A stretch of DNA of 28,657 bases from a virus (taxonomy: Duplodnaviria > Caudoviricetes), in IMG/VR virus record IMGVR_UViG_3300030207_000242, positions 1 to 28,657 of that record; one strand, given 5' to 3'. Position numbers and translations under genes: made by a program. Shown piece after piece: positions 10,601-17,282 of this stretch. The notes beneath the pieces were generated by a model that saw only the letters and a program-made list of their open reading frames with translations, ran no database searches and was not told the origin of the DNA. Positions within the stretch are counted from its first letter, which is position 1, and each line of letters opens with the position of its first letter.

Positions 10601-11701
10601 GTAGGTTATGCAATTAATAATTGGGGAGTAGGAGCTACTGATGATGAAGTAGGCGAAAAGTTAGATAGACTAACTATGCGTGAAAATGATAAAAGAACTT
10701 TATGGAATATTCCGGGAATGCCACCCAGTATTATTAGATTACCATATAATAGTGAAAATGGTGATGCAATGTATGTTGATGTTACTAGATGGCTACCGGG
10801 AGGAGATATATTTCAACAGAAAAGAGAGGGAAAAGGACTGAGTGTTGATTTTTTACCACAACCTTTACAACCGGGAGGACCTTTAGTTGATTTTACATAT
10901 ACTCTTTTGACTAAAGAAGACCCATTTACTGGTGATGAGATAGATGAGAATGCAGAGTTTTTTGGTATTAATGCACCTGTGTTAGTTCATTTCTTTTCTC
11001 ATCAATTACCTAATATACCGGGTATGCCGGGTTCATATGCTACAGAAAGAATGAATAAAGTAATGAAGCAAAACCCACCAGACCCCGGTACTATTGCAGC
11101 AGACTATATAGCACCTATATTAGGATTTCATACTAAAGAATCATTAGCAGAACAAGGTGCTGGTTATGAAAATTTTAAGCCTTCTCCCTATGCTGTTCCA
11201 TATAGTTTTAGTGAAGCTATGGCTTATACATTAGGTATTAAATTAAAGCCTTTAGATAGTTCTAAAAGTTTTTTACAACAAAAGTTTGGACTTGACAAAG
11301 AAGCTGCAGAAATACAAAGTGACATAGAAGAGTTACATAAAGACTATCAATATGGTTATCTAGGACCTAAAGATTATGAAAGAAAACTTAGAGTACTAGA
11401 AGAAAACCAACTTGAACATGCTGCTAGATATAATAAATTTGTAAATACATATTATGCTTTACAGTTACAAATTCCATATGATGAAGGTCAAAAAATTAAT
11501 AGAGAAGTTGCAGAAGAAATAGCTTCAAAAGTAAAACTAAATCTCGAAGATACTGAAGAAGAAAGAATTAAAAAATTTGATGGTGGCGGAGTAGATGTTC
11601 CATATACTAAAGATGCTCCAAGAGATAGAGTAGATAAGTTTACAGGAGAACCTTACTCAAAACAAATGGAAAATTTAGGATTTAATAATGTCAGAAATTA
11701 A
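7625..11701 (+). CDS. Very large internal virion / ejection protein (positional analogue of T7 gp16; C-terminal part resembles large polyvalent protein domains)
   Basis: 1358 aa with Gly/Ala-rich hydrophobic segments (FGGAGIGAATG, ILGGALLGGTGVAG). The late region reads ARKWFIDYD..PFIQKLKRTALPFVSYTYR..P, and the C-terminus GGGVDVPY...DKFTGEPY. Confidence 0.6.
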   Translation: MQQIKELQDFDDRRKAYLSDRDPYGIVDMTTGEAIKYAAEMGASDSLRGINQLISQSFNREEELERLRQDDKKLRLIMTHPDFGTEASTAFFAAAIGADPISYIPFAGWLKKGKSAKDFADFAKYGFTAGAAVSFLGYTPEDYALFVDDDASFVTKKFEQTTVGGTVGGVLSSAGAKVADVYMKARHGKSIFQGNTPTFVVDDANSPNKPAIINEGGFKEGQTVFLQDRKNQGVITRIDETKNIAEVRISNAKTGKSVRKEFFINELTGLKPTKKKGSKALIDSFIVSKGKGRQGRIYTIHDSIRSRIHKGFQKDISYQITKTKDGFTVSRNTVEKGIDPDLPSQPFRTSEKLQTFKTLREAKNFAVKEISPNAKGKPKMTRAKLNERIVDAAQNVNKKDENSARLSLSNIWKSIGGDSLGDLMWNRILKSPVEFGGAGIGAATGLTMTEYEDSMTEYFGKILGGALLGGTGVAGLKKLDSKYANNKFADLFGFELVADYGLPTAYKAGKQEFYKTKNQITLDFYDLLKRAEKDLSKEENRLLYIMMSGDPEDFSKLSDEVIQLGDDARKLLKKYGQELVDLGLLNEKTFLKNIETYMHRVYRNKDAEFRSKVTLGRDIKTIANNLKPRGLPPKEVQPRMFKKKWKNEGWYIDEKLPNGKYRIRRDYTKQERLDLGEMEDFSLSLVETGKLLSNDIAATKFFNLISKQFSIGAANFKAGKLPDGTEIDKSMWKQIPDVNIRGTNVKKYGDLSGRYVDKYVYNDVVHTFQLVKGADPGIGKMALDTYDTALGIWKKTKTAWNPATHVANTVSNIILINFAGTGQHMLGPALKSYLKRDKNFEDNFLYGGFGADLLSNDITKFATDNSDYFTKRINQMSDAKNPIVTVADMVKAGWNSKANVLKFTAQQMENLYQFEDRIFRHAVYLDRINKGFSKSEAAADARKWFIDYDINAPFIQKLKRTALPFVSYTYRVAPLLVEGAVRRPSAVALWAAVGYAINNWGVGATDDEVGEKLDRLTMRENDKRTLWNIPGMPPSIIRLPYNSENGDAMYVDVTRWLPGGDIFQQKREGKGLSVDFLPQPLQPGGPLVDFTYTLLTKEDPFTGDEIDENAEFFGINAPVLVHFFSHQLPNIPGMPGSYATERMNKVMKQNPPDPGTIAADYIAPILGFHTKESLAEQGAGYENFKPSPYAVPYSFSEAMAYTLGIKLKPLDSSKSFLQQKFGLDKEAAEIQSDIEELHKDYQYGYLGPKDYERKLRVLEENQLEHAARYNKFVNTYYALQLQIPYDEGQKINREVAEEIASKVKLNLEDTEEERIKKFDGGGVDVPYTKDAPRDRVDKFTGEPYSKQMENLGFNNVRN

Positions 11702-12878
11702 TAGAGAAGATGTAGATAAACTTTTAAAAGATTATTTTCCTACTACTATTCCTAATTATGGAATTACTATATTAAAAAATAATGATTATAATTTAGATGA
11801 AATGAGTAGAAAAGCTGCTAATGATGCTATTAGAATAGGCACCTTTACTCCAAAACCTAAAGATAATAAATTTATTAAGTTTATGAAAAAGGGTAATGAA
11901 TTTTTTTGGGGTCCACCTAGACCTGATGCAAAGTACCCAGCGTTAGCTCAAGCTACAGATGAGTGGTTTGATGCTTTAAATTTTTTAGGACCATCAATAG
12001 GTGCAATCAAAGGAGCTAGAAATATATCTAAAGGTTTAGATAAGTATAGAGATATTAAAAATACAAATTTAGTAATACGAAATGGTCAAGTTTTTAAAGG
12101 TGCTGACAACCCTAATTATAATGTTATAAGTGCTACTTTAGGCAGAGAGGGTGCAAGACAAGGTTCGTTTTTTGCTCTGGATGAACAACTAGCTGCAAGA
12201 TATGCAAGTGCAATAGCAGTTAGATTTCCAAATAAAACTAATAATGGAAGTAGAATAAGAGAAGTACAAGCTATTTATACTGCTCCAGCAAGAGAAGTAG
12301 TTCAAGGTGGTAAAACTTTTAGTATGGCAAATCCTAATAAAGGTTTTATAAAAGAATTGAAACAAGAAGTTAATAGGTTAATGAAAAAAGGGAATAGGAA
12401 TTATTTGAATTTAAATGCTACTGACCAAATGCAATATATAGAATTAAATCAATTACTTAACTCTATAACTTTTGGTAATCGTGCTCGTAAAACAGCAGAA
12501 CAAGCTAGATATGGTGGTTATATATATGGTCTAACTCCTATACAAAGAAAATTTTTTCTAGATAGAGGATATACAAATCTATATCAAAGAAATGGAGCAC
12601 ACAAAACAGGAGTAGTTGTCGCACTTAGAGATGTAAGACCTTATAAAGTAACACTTAGAAAAGATAAATTTAAAGGCGATGGCGTTTATTATACACAAGA
12701 AAGATTAAAAGACTCAAAATATATAGTAGATGAAAAAATATTAAATAAAGAAGTAGTAGAACAAGGTGCTGGTTATCAAAATATTAATAAGTTTACAGGA
12801 CAACCTTATTCTAAAGAGTATAGTTTTAGTGAATATTTGGCTGAAGCAGACAAAATATTAAATAAAGTAGGTGACTAA
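11688..12878 (+). CDS. Basic hypothetical protein, possible ADP-ribosyltransferase-fold virion-delivered protein
   Basis: 396 aa. VFKG...QGSFFALDEQLAARYA...RGY resembles the ART-type pattern (Y/F)(H/R)G...G.YF..d...A..YA...GYD. The resemblance is weak, and the function is much less certain than the ORF. Confidence 0.45.
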   Translation: MSEINREDVDKLLKDYFPTTIPNYGITILKNNDYNLDEMSRKAANDAIRIGTFTPKPKDNKFIKFMKKGNEFFWGPPRPDAKYPALAQATDEWFDALNFLGPSIGAIKGARNISKGLDKYRDIKNTNLVIRNGQVFKGADNPNYNVISATLGREGARQGSFFALDEQLAARYASAIAVRFPNKTNNGSRIREVQAIYTAPAREVVQGGKTFSMANPNKGFIKELKQEVNRLMKKGNRNYLNLNATDQMQYIELNQLLNSITFGNRARKTAEQARYGGYIYGLTPIQRKFFLDRGYTNLYQRNGAHKTGVVVALRDVRPYKVTLRKDKFKGDGVYYTQERLKDSKYIVDEKILNKEVVEQGAGYQNINKFTGQPYSKEYSFSEYLAEADKILNKVGD

Positions 12879-13342
12879 TGAATATAGAATTATGTAAAGC
12901 AGAAATAACTAGACATGAAGGTAAAGTGTTAGAGATATACGAAGATAGTTTAGGATACAAAACTCTGGGTATAGGACACTTATGTCAACCAGAAGACCCA
13001 GAATATAATTGGGAAGTTGGTACACCTGTATCAGAAGAAGTTGTTGATATGTATTTTGAAGATGACTTTAACAAACACTTAGCAGAAACTATTCATGTGT
13101 TTGGTTCAGAAGAAGCATTTTATAATTTACCTTCTGACATACAAAGAGTCTTGGTAAACATGTGTTTTAATTTAGGTGGTACTAGATTATCTAAATTTAA
13201 AAATATGTTGTTAGCATGTAGAGCACATAACTGGAGAGAAATGGCAGTACAAATGGAAGATAGTCGTTGGTATGGTCAAGTGGGTAGGCGTAGTAAGGAA
13301 CTAAAAGATTTGGTATTACAACAAAGTGATTCTGTATACTGA
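12878..13342 (+). CDS. Endolysin, T4-lysozyme-like (GH24) muramidase
   Basis: HEGKVLEIYEDSLGYKTLGIGHL gives the E-x8-D-x5-T catalytic triad. It also has LVNMCFNLG, FKNML and SRWYGQVGRRS, typical of T4-type lysozymes. No signal or SAR anchor is evident. Confidence 0.93.
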   Translation: MNIELCKAEITRHEGKVLEIYEDSLGYKTLGIGHLCQPEDPEYNWEVGTPVSEEVVDMYFEDDFNKHLAETIHVFGSEEAFYNLPSDIQRVLVNMCFNLGGTRLSKFKNMLLACRAHNWREMAVQMEDSRWYGQVGRRSKELKDLVLQQSDSVY

Positions 13343-13478
13343 AAAACAATTAGAAAATTCTTACAATGCATACAGAAGAATGCAAATAAAAAAAGATATG
13401 GCTTTTGTATCTTTAGAAAATTTTAGAATTATTTTTGAAGAGATATTACAAGAGTTATTTCATGAGGATATAATATGA
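13326..13478 (+). CDS. 50-aa hypothetical protein absent from the ORF track (MILYTEKQLENSYNAYRRMQIKKDMAFVSLENFRIIFEEILQELFHEDII)
   Basis: GTG at 13326 opens a frame that fills the gap between lysozyme and holin. It ends in an ATGA overlap with the 13475 start. Confidence 0.65.
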   Translation: MILYTEKQLENSYNAYRRMQIKKDMAFVSLENFRIIFEEILQELFHEDII

Positions 13479-13948
13479 AAAATTTATTAAAAAATATCGT
13501 AGGTGCAGTAGCTCCAACATTAGGTACAGCTTTAGGTGGTCCTATGGGTGGTATGGCAGGTAACATGATTTCAGAAGTTTTAGGTTGTCCTAACAACCCT
13601 AAAGCTATTGAAAAAGCAGTAGCAGAAGCTACGCCTGAACAAATGTTAGAACTCAAAAAAGCTGAACAAGCTTTTGAAGTTCAAATGAAAGAACTAGATG
13701 TTGATGTATATAAACTAGAAGTAGAAGATACTCAAGATGCAAGAAAGAATTTTAGTAAAGACTGGACTGCTCGTATTATGGGTATAGCTACAGTAGGTGG
13801 TTTCTTAGGATATATATTCCTAGTAACACTACAACCGCCAGAGCAGAACTCTGAGGCTTTGATTAACTTAGTATTAGGTTATCTTGGTGGTCTAGCATCA
13901 GCAGTAATTAGTTTTTACTTTGGAGCTTCTAACTCTAGTAAAGATTAA
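13475..13948 (+). CDS. Putative holin (3TM / GTA-holin-like)
   Basis: Gly-rich N-terminal segment LGTALGGPMGGMAG, a D..DAR motif, and two C-terminal TM helices ending ISFYFGAS. It lies next to the endolysin and has RBS GAGG. Confidence 0.65.
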   Translation: MKNLLKNIVGAVAPTLGTALGGPMGGMAGNMISEVLGCPNNPKAIEKAVAEATPEQMLELKKAEQAFEVQMKELDVDVYKLEVEDTQDARKNFSKDWTARIMGIATVGGFLGYIFLVTLQPPEQNSEALINLVLGYLGGLASAVISFYFGASNSSKD

Positions 13949-14298
13949 TGCAAGAAGTAGTAACTATTATTCAACAAGTAGGCTTTCCTATTGCAGCAGC
14001 TTTAGGATTAGGTTGGTTTATATATAAACTTATCATGCGTATTGTTGATGGTATGGAAACTAAGTTAGAAACTTTAGATGATAAAGTTCAAACATCTTTA
14101 GATACTATGGAAGAGAGAGTGACTACAAAACTTGATAGTCAGTATGGAATTATTGTTGCTTTAATTGATAGAGTAAGAGCTTTAGATAATCAAAGTATCA
14201 GACAAGATGTATTATTAAAAACATTATTAGGTGTACCTAACCTAATAGATATAGATAAAATAGCAAAGGCAGATAGAGATGACCAAAGAAAAGATTGA
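13948..14298 (+). CDS. Small membrane protein (YvrJ-like GFPI N-terminal TM plus coiled coil) heading the curli-like module
   Basis: IIQQVGFPIAAALGLGWFIY transmembrane segment followed by a heptad-rich helix. TAATG-coupled to the holin and overlapping csgF. Confidence 0.6.
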   Translation: MQEVVTIIQQVGFPIAAALGLGWFIYKLIMRIVDGMETKLETLDDKVQTSLDTMEERVTTKLDSQYGIIVALIDRVRALDNQSIRQDVLLKTLLGVPNLIDIDKIAKADRDDQRKD

Positions 14299-14797
14299 TA
14301 GAATAGAAGATGTACATCCAATGAAGCAGATTACTATTGCTTCCTTTGTACAGCTTGGAATGTTTGGATTTATGCTTCTGTGTTTTCTTATGATAGGTAA
14401 GTTAACTGCAGATGAAATTGTATTTAAATTTAAAAGCCCTAGTTTTAGTGGTGAAGGAACTTCTGCTCATTACTTGACTATAGAAAATCAAGAGTTTACT
14501 AGAAAGATGAGTATAAAAGAAGAACTAAAAGCTTTACAGGACCAGATAGAAAGAGATAAAGAAAACACAACACTAGCAAGGTTTATAAGAAACTTGGAAT
14601 CTAGAATATATGCACAATTATCTAGACAGCTTGTAGAAAATTTGTTTGGAGAAAATCCAAGCACAAGCGGAATATTAGAATTAGAAGGTAATACTATTGA
14701 ATATAGTATTGAAGATGGAATTATAACTTTAACAATTACAGATAGCGATGGAAATATTACGACTATTCAGTTGCCTATTGGTGATTTTAGCTTTTAG
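14279..14797 (+). CDS. csgF: Curli assembly/transport component CsgF-like protein
   Basis: A hydrophobic leader ending LTA|DE is followed by IVFKFKSPSFSG (compare E. coli CsgF mature start TFQFRNPNFGG), TLARFIRNLESRIYAQL and C-terminal LTITDSDGNITTIQLP. It lies immediately upstream of csgG. An alternative start exists at ATG 14321. Confidence 0.85.
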   Translation: MTKEKIDRIEDVHPMKQITIASFVQLGMFGFMLLCFLMIGKLTADEIVFKFKSPSFSGEGTSAHYLTIENQEFTRKMSIKEELKALQDQIERDKENTTLARFIRNLESRIYAQLSRQLVENLFGENPSTSGILELEGNTIEYSIEDGIITLTITDSDGNITTIQLPIGDFSF

Positions 14798-15605
14798 TGG
14801 TTGTGCAGTATTATCTAAGAACACAGATTTAGTATTATCACAAGACATAGAAAACCCAAAGGTAATAAATTTACAATCAGAAGAATTATTAAATTTACCA
14901 CCAGCAGAACATAGACCTGTTATTGCAGTATATGCTAATAGCTTTCAAGATTTAACAGGGCAAAGAAAAAGTAACAGTAGCTTTGCTATGTTTAGCACAG
15001 CAGTTACTCAAGCTCCAGAAGCGTTGCTTATTAGAGCTTTGAAACATGCTGCAAATGGTAAATTTTTTAGAGTTGTTGAGAGGGTGGGTTTAGAAAACCT
15101 AACAAAAGAAAGACAGCTCATTCGGTCAACCAGAGAAAATTTTGAAGAAGACCAAAAACTTCAACCACTATTATTTGCAGGGATAATAGTACAGGGTGGA
15201 GTTATAAGTTATGACACAAATATTGAATCTGGGGGAATCGGTGCTCGTTATTTAGGAATAGGTAACAGTACTGTATATAGAGAAGACATAGTAACTATAT
15301 CATTAAGATTAGTTTCTGTGGCTACAGGTGAGATATTATTAGAGACTACTGTTTCTAAAAATATTTTATCAACAAGTATTTCTCAAGACATCTTTCGTTA
15401 TATAGAAGCTGGTACTGAACTAGTGGAGATAGAGGGTGGTGTTGCAGAGAATGAAGCTGGTTCTATAGCTTTACAAAAGGCAATAGAAGCCGGTGTTTTA
15501 GACTTAATAAAACTAGGAATAGAGAGAGGATATTGGAAATATGAAAACATTGAAATTGATGAGCCTTGTAATGTTGATGCTGAGTGTATCGATATACGGG
15601 GATGA
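14748..15605 (+). CDS. csgG: Curli secretion outer-membrane pore lipoprotein CsgG-like
   Basis: Lipoprotein signal ending LAFSG|C. CsgG motifs: FQDLTGQRK, FSTAVTQ, FRVVERVGLENLTKERQLIR, GGVISYDTN..SGGIGARYLGIG, D.VTISLRLVSV.TGEIL. Confidence 0.93.
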   Translation: MEILRLFSCLLVILAFSGCAVLSKNTDLVLSQDIENPKVINLQSEELLNLPPAEHRPVIAVYANSFQDLTGQRKSNSSFAMFSTAVTQAPEALLIRALKHAANGKFFRVVERVGLENLTKERQLIRSTRENFEEDQKLQPLLFAGIIVQGGVISYDTNIESGGIGARYLGIGNSTVYREDIVTISLRLVSVATGEILLETTVSKNILSTSISQDIFRYIEAGTELVEIEGGVAENEAGSIALQKAIEAGVLDLIKLGIERGYWKYENIEIDEPCNVDAECIDIRG

Positions 15606-16257
15606 CAACGAAATTTATATTGACCAGTCAGGCGATACAGCTAATATAGATATGGAACAATTAGGTTCCGGAAATATTATTGGTGGTCTTGAATCTACTG
15701 CAGGTAGTTTAAATCCTTTTGACTTGGATGGAGATAATTTAACTTTAACATTAAATCAAATTGGAGATAGTAATACATTTCTTGGTGATATATTAGGAGA
15801 TAATATTACTGGATACTTTAACTTTGATGGTAATTCAAATGCATTCACTATTCAGGTTGACCCTACAAATACATATGGAGCAGATAGTTCTAACTTTAAT
15901 GTTCAGGCTACAGGCGATAGTAATACATTTAGTTTAGATGTAGCTACTAATGCTATGGCTAGTAATACAGATTTAGACTGGATTATAAATGGTAGTAGTA
16001 ACACACTAACATTTGACATTGATATAGATGGAGCTACTTCTTATGTAGATATAGATGGAGATAGTAATACTGTAACTTATGATGGCGATGGATATGCTAA
16101 TGGTTATTTTTATTTAGACCAAACAGGCAACTCTAGAACTTTCAATATTCAACAACAAAGTACATTAGCAAGTGACTGGCTCAAGATTATTTCAAGTGGC
16201 AATTCTGGTACTCTGTGCATTATCCAAGATGACAATGGCACAGCAGTCGGATGTTAG
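15541..16257 (+). CDS. Secreted curlin-repeat (CsgA/CsgB-like) beta-solenoid protein
   Basis: Sec-type signal peptide, then about 9 repeats of alternating hydrophobic residues ending in (Q)xG(D/N/S)SN (EQLGSGN, NQIGDSN, FDGNSN, QATGDSN, INGSSN, IDGDSN, DQTGNS). Very D/N/G/T-rich and directly downstream of csgG. Confidence 0.72.
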   Translation: MKTLKLMSLVMLMLSVSIYGDDNEIYIDQSGDTANIDMEQLGSGNIIGGLESTAGSLNPFDLDGDNLTLTLNQIGDSNTFLGDILGDNITGYFNFDGNSNAFTIQVDPTNTYGADSSNFNVQATGDSNTFSLDVATNAMASNTDLDWIINGSSNTLTFDIDIDGATSYVDIDGDSNTVTYDGDGYANGYFYLDQTGNSRTFNIQQQSTLASDWLKIISSGNSGTLCIIQDDNGTAVGC

Positions 16258-17281
16258 CATTGGCAACATAACAGAATTACAAGGACAGGGCAGGATTGTA
16301 AGGGATATACCTTATGATGCTGCCTTATCTTTTGACATTGAAAGCTATGACAATGTTGAAACATCTCAAGGTAGAATAGGAATTACATTTCTTAATGATA
16401 CAAAAGTAAGATTGACAGAACATTCTACTCTACTTATAGATGAGTTTATCTACGACCCTGACCCATCAAAATCTAAGATGGCTTTAAATTTTGCAAGTGG
16501 TACAGCAAGATTTATTACAGGTAAACTAAATAATATAAATAAAGAAAACATATCTATATCTACTCCAAGTGCCAATGTGTCAATTAGAGGCACGGACTTT
16601 ACTCTTACAGTAAATGAACTAGGTGAAAGTCTTATTATACTATTACCAAAAGATGATGGTACTCCAAGCGGAGAAATAGTTGTAGCAACAGCTATAGGTG
16701 AAGTTGTACTTAACCAACCCTATCAAGCTACTACAGTTTCAGTATTTGAAACAGAGCCTACTAAGCCTGTAATATTAGATATTACTACAGAGCTTATAGA
16801 TAATATGTTAATTGTTAATCCACCAGAGGAGAATGATATTGATGAACAGAGAGAAAATGGAACTAGCGTTTCTAATATTCTTGATGCTGACTTCCTTGAC
16901 TTTGATGATTTAGATGTGGATTACCTTGAAGGTGATGAGCTAGAGTTTACTGAATTAGATATTAATTATCTTGATGTAAACTTTCTTGAAGACTTGTTAG
17001 ATATAATACAAGATGTAAATGAGTTAGACCAGACAGAAACTTTACTAGCAGCAGACTTAGATTTAAAAGGAACTAGTATGGGATTTGACCCGGAAACTCA
17101 AGTCAATACTCTTACTACAGATAACATCTTAACTTTTGTTAGAAGTTTAGAAAACACAGTTAGACTTGACCTAGATAAAGCAGGTTCATATACTGTTATC
17201 TTAATACAAAATGGTAAGAGCACACAGATTATTGTTAATGGTGGTGGCTCTTCTACAATAACAATTAAGCAAGGAAGTTAA
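16172..17281 (+). CDS. Exported FecR-domain protein with acidic repeat linker
   Basis: GTG start and a signal-like leader ending TMA|QQ. FecR-type pattern D.VET..GRIGITFLNDTKVRLTEHSTL.I...SGTARFITG...ISTPSANVSIRGTDF. An acidic LD.D.L repeat tract follows. No N-terminal cytoplasmic anti-sigma domain. Confidence 0.82.
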   Translation: MTGSRLFQVAILVLCALSKMTMAQQSDVSIGNITELQGQGRIVRDIPYDAALSFDIESYDNVETSQGRIGITFLNDTKVRLTEHSTLLIDEFIYDPDPSKSKMALNFASGTARFITGKLNNINKENISISTPSANVSIRGTDFTLTVNELGESLIILLPKDDGTPSGEIVVATAIGEVVLNQPYQATTVSVFETEPTKPVILDITTELIDNMLIVNPPEENDIDEQRENGTSVSNILDADFLDFDDLDVDYLEGDELEFTELDINYLDVNFLEDLLDIIQDVNELDQTETLLAADLDLKGTSMGFDPETQVNTLTTDNILTFVRSLENTVRLDLDKAGSYTVILIQNGKSTQIIVNGGGSSTITIKQGS

Positions 17282-17282
17282 T

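Noticed and set aside
11149-12833. Diversity-generating retroelement template/variable repeat pair
   Set aside because: The matches are short and rearranged, the differences are not adenine-specific, and no reverse transcriptase is in the window.
16172-17281. Iron-citrate FecIRA signalling system
   Set aside because: There is no ECF sigma factor, TonB-dependent receptor or cytoplasmic anti-sigma domain. Only the periplasmic FecR-type domain is present.
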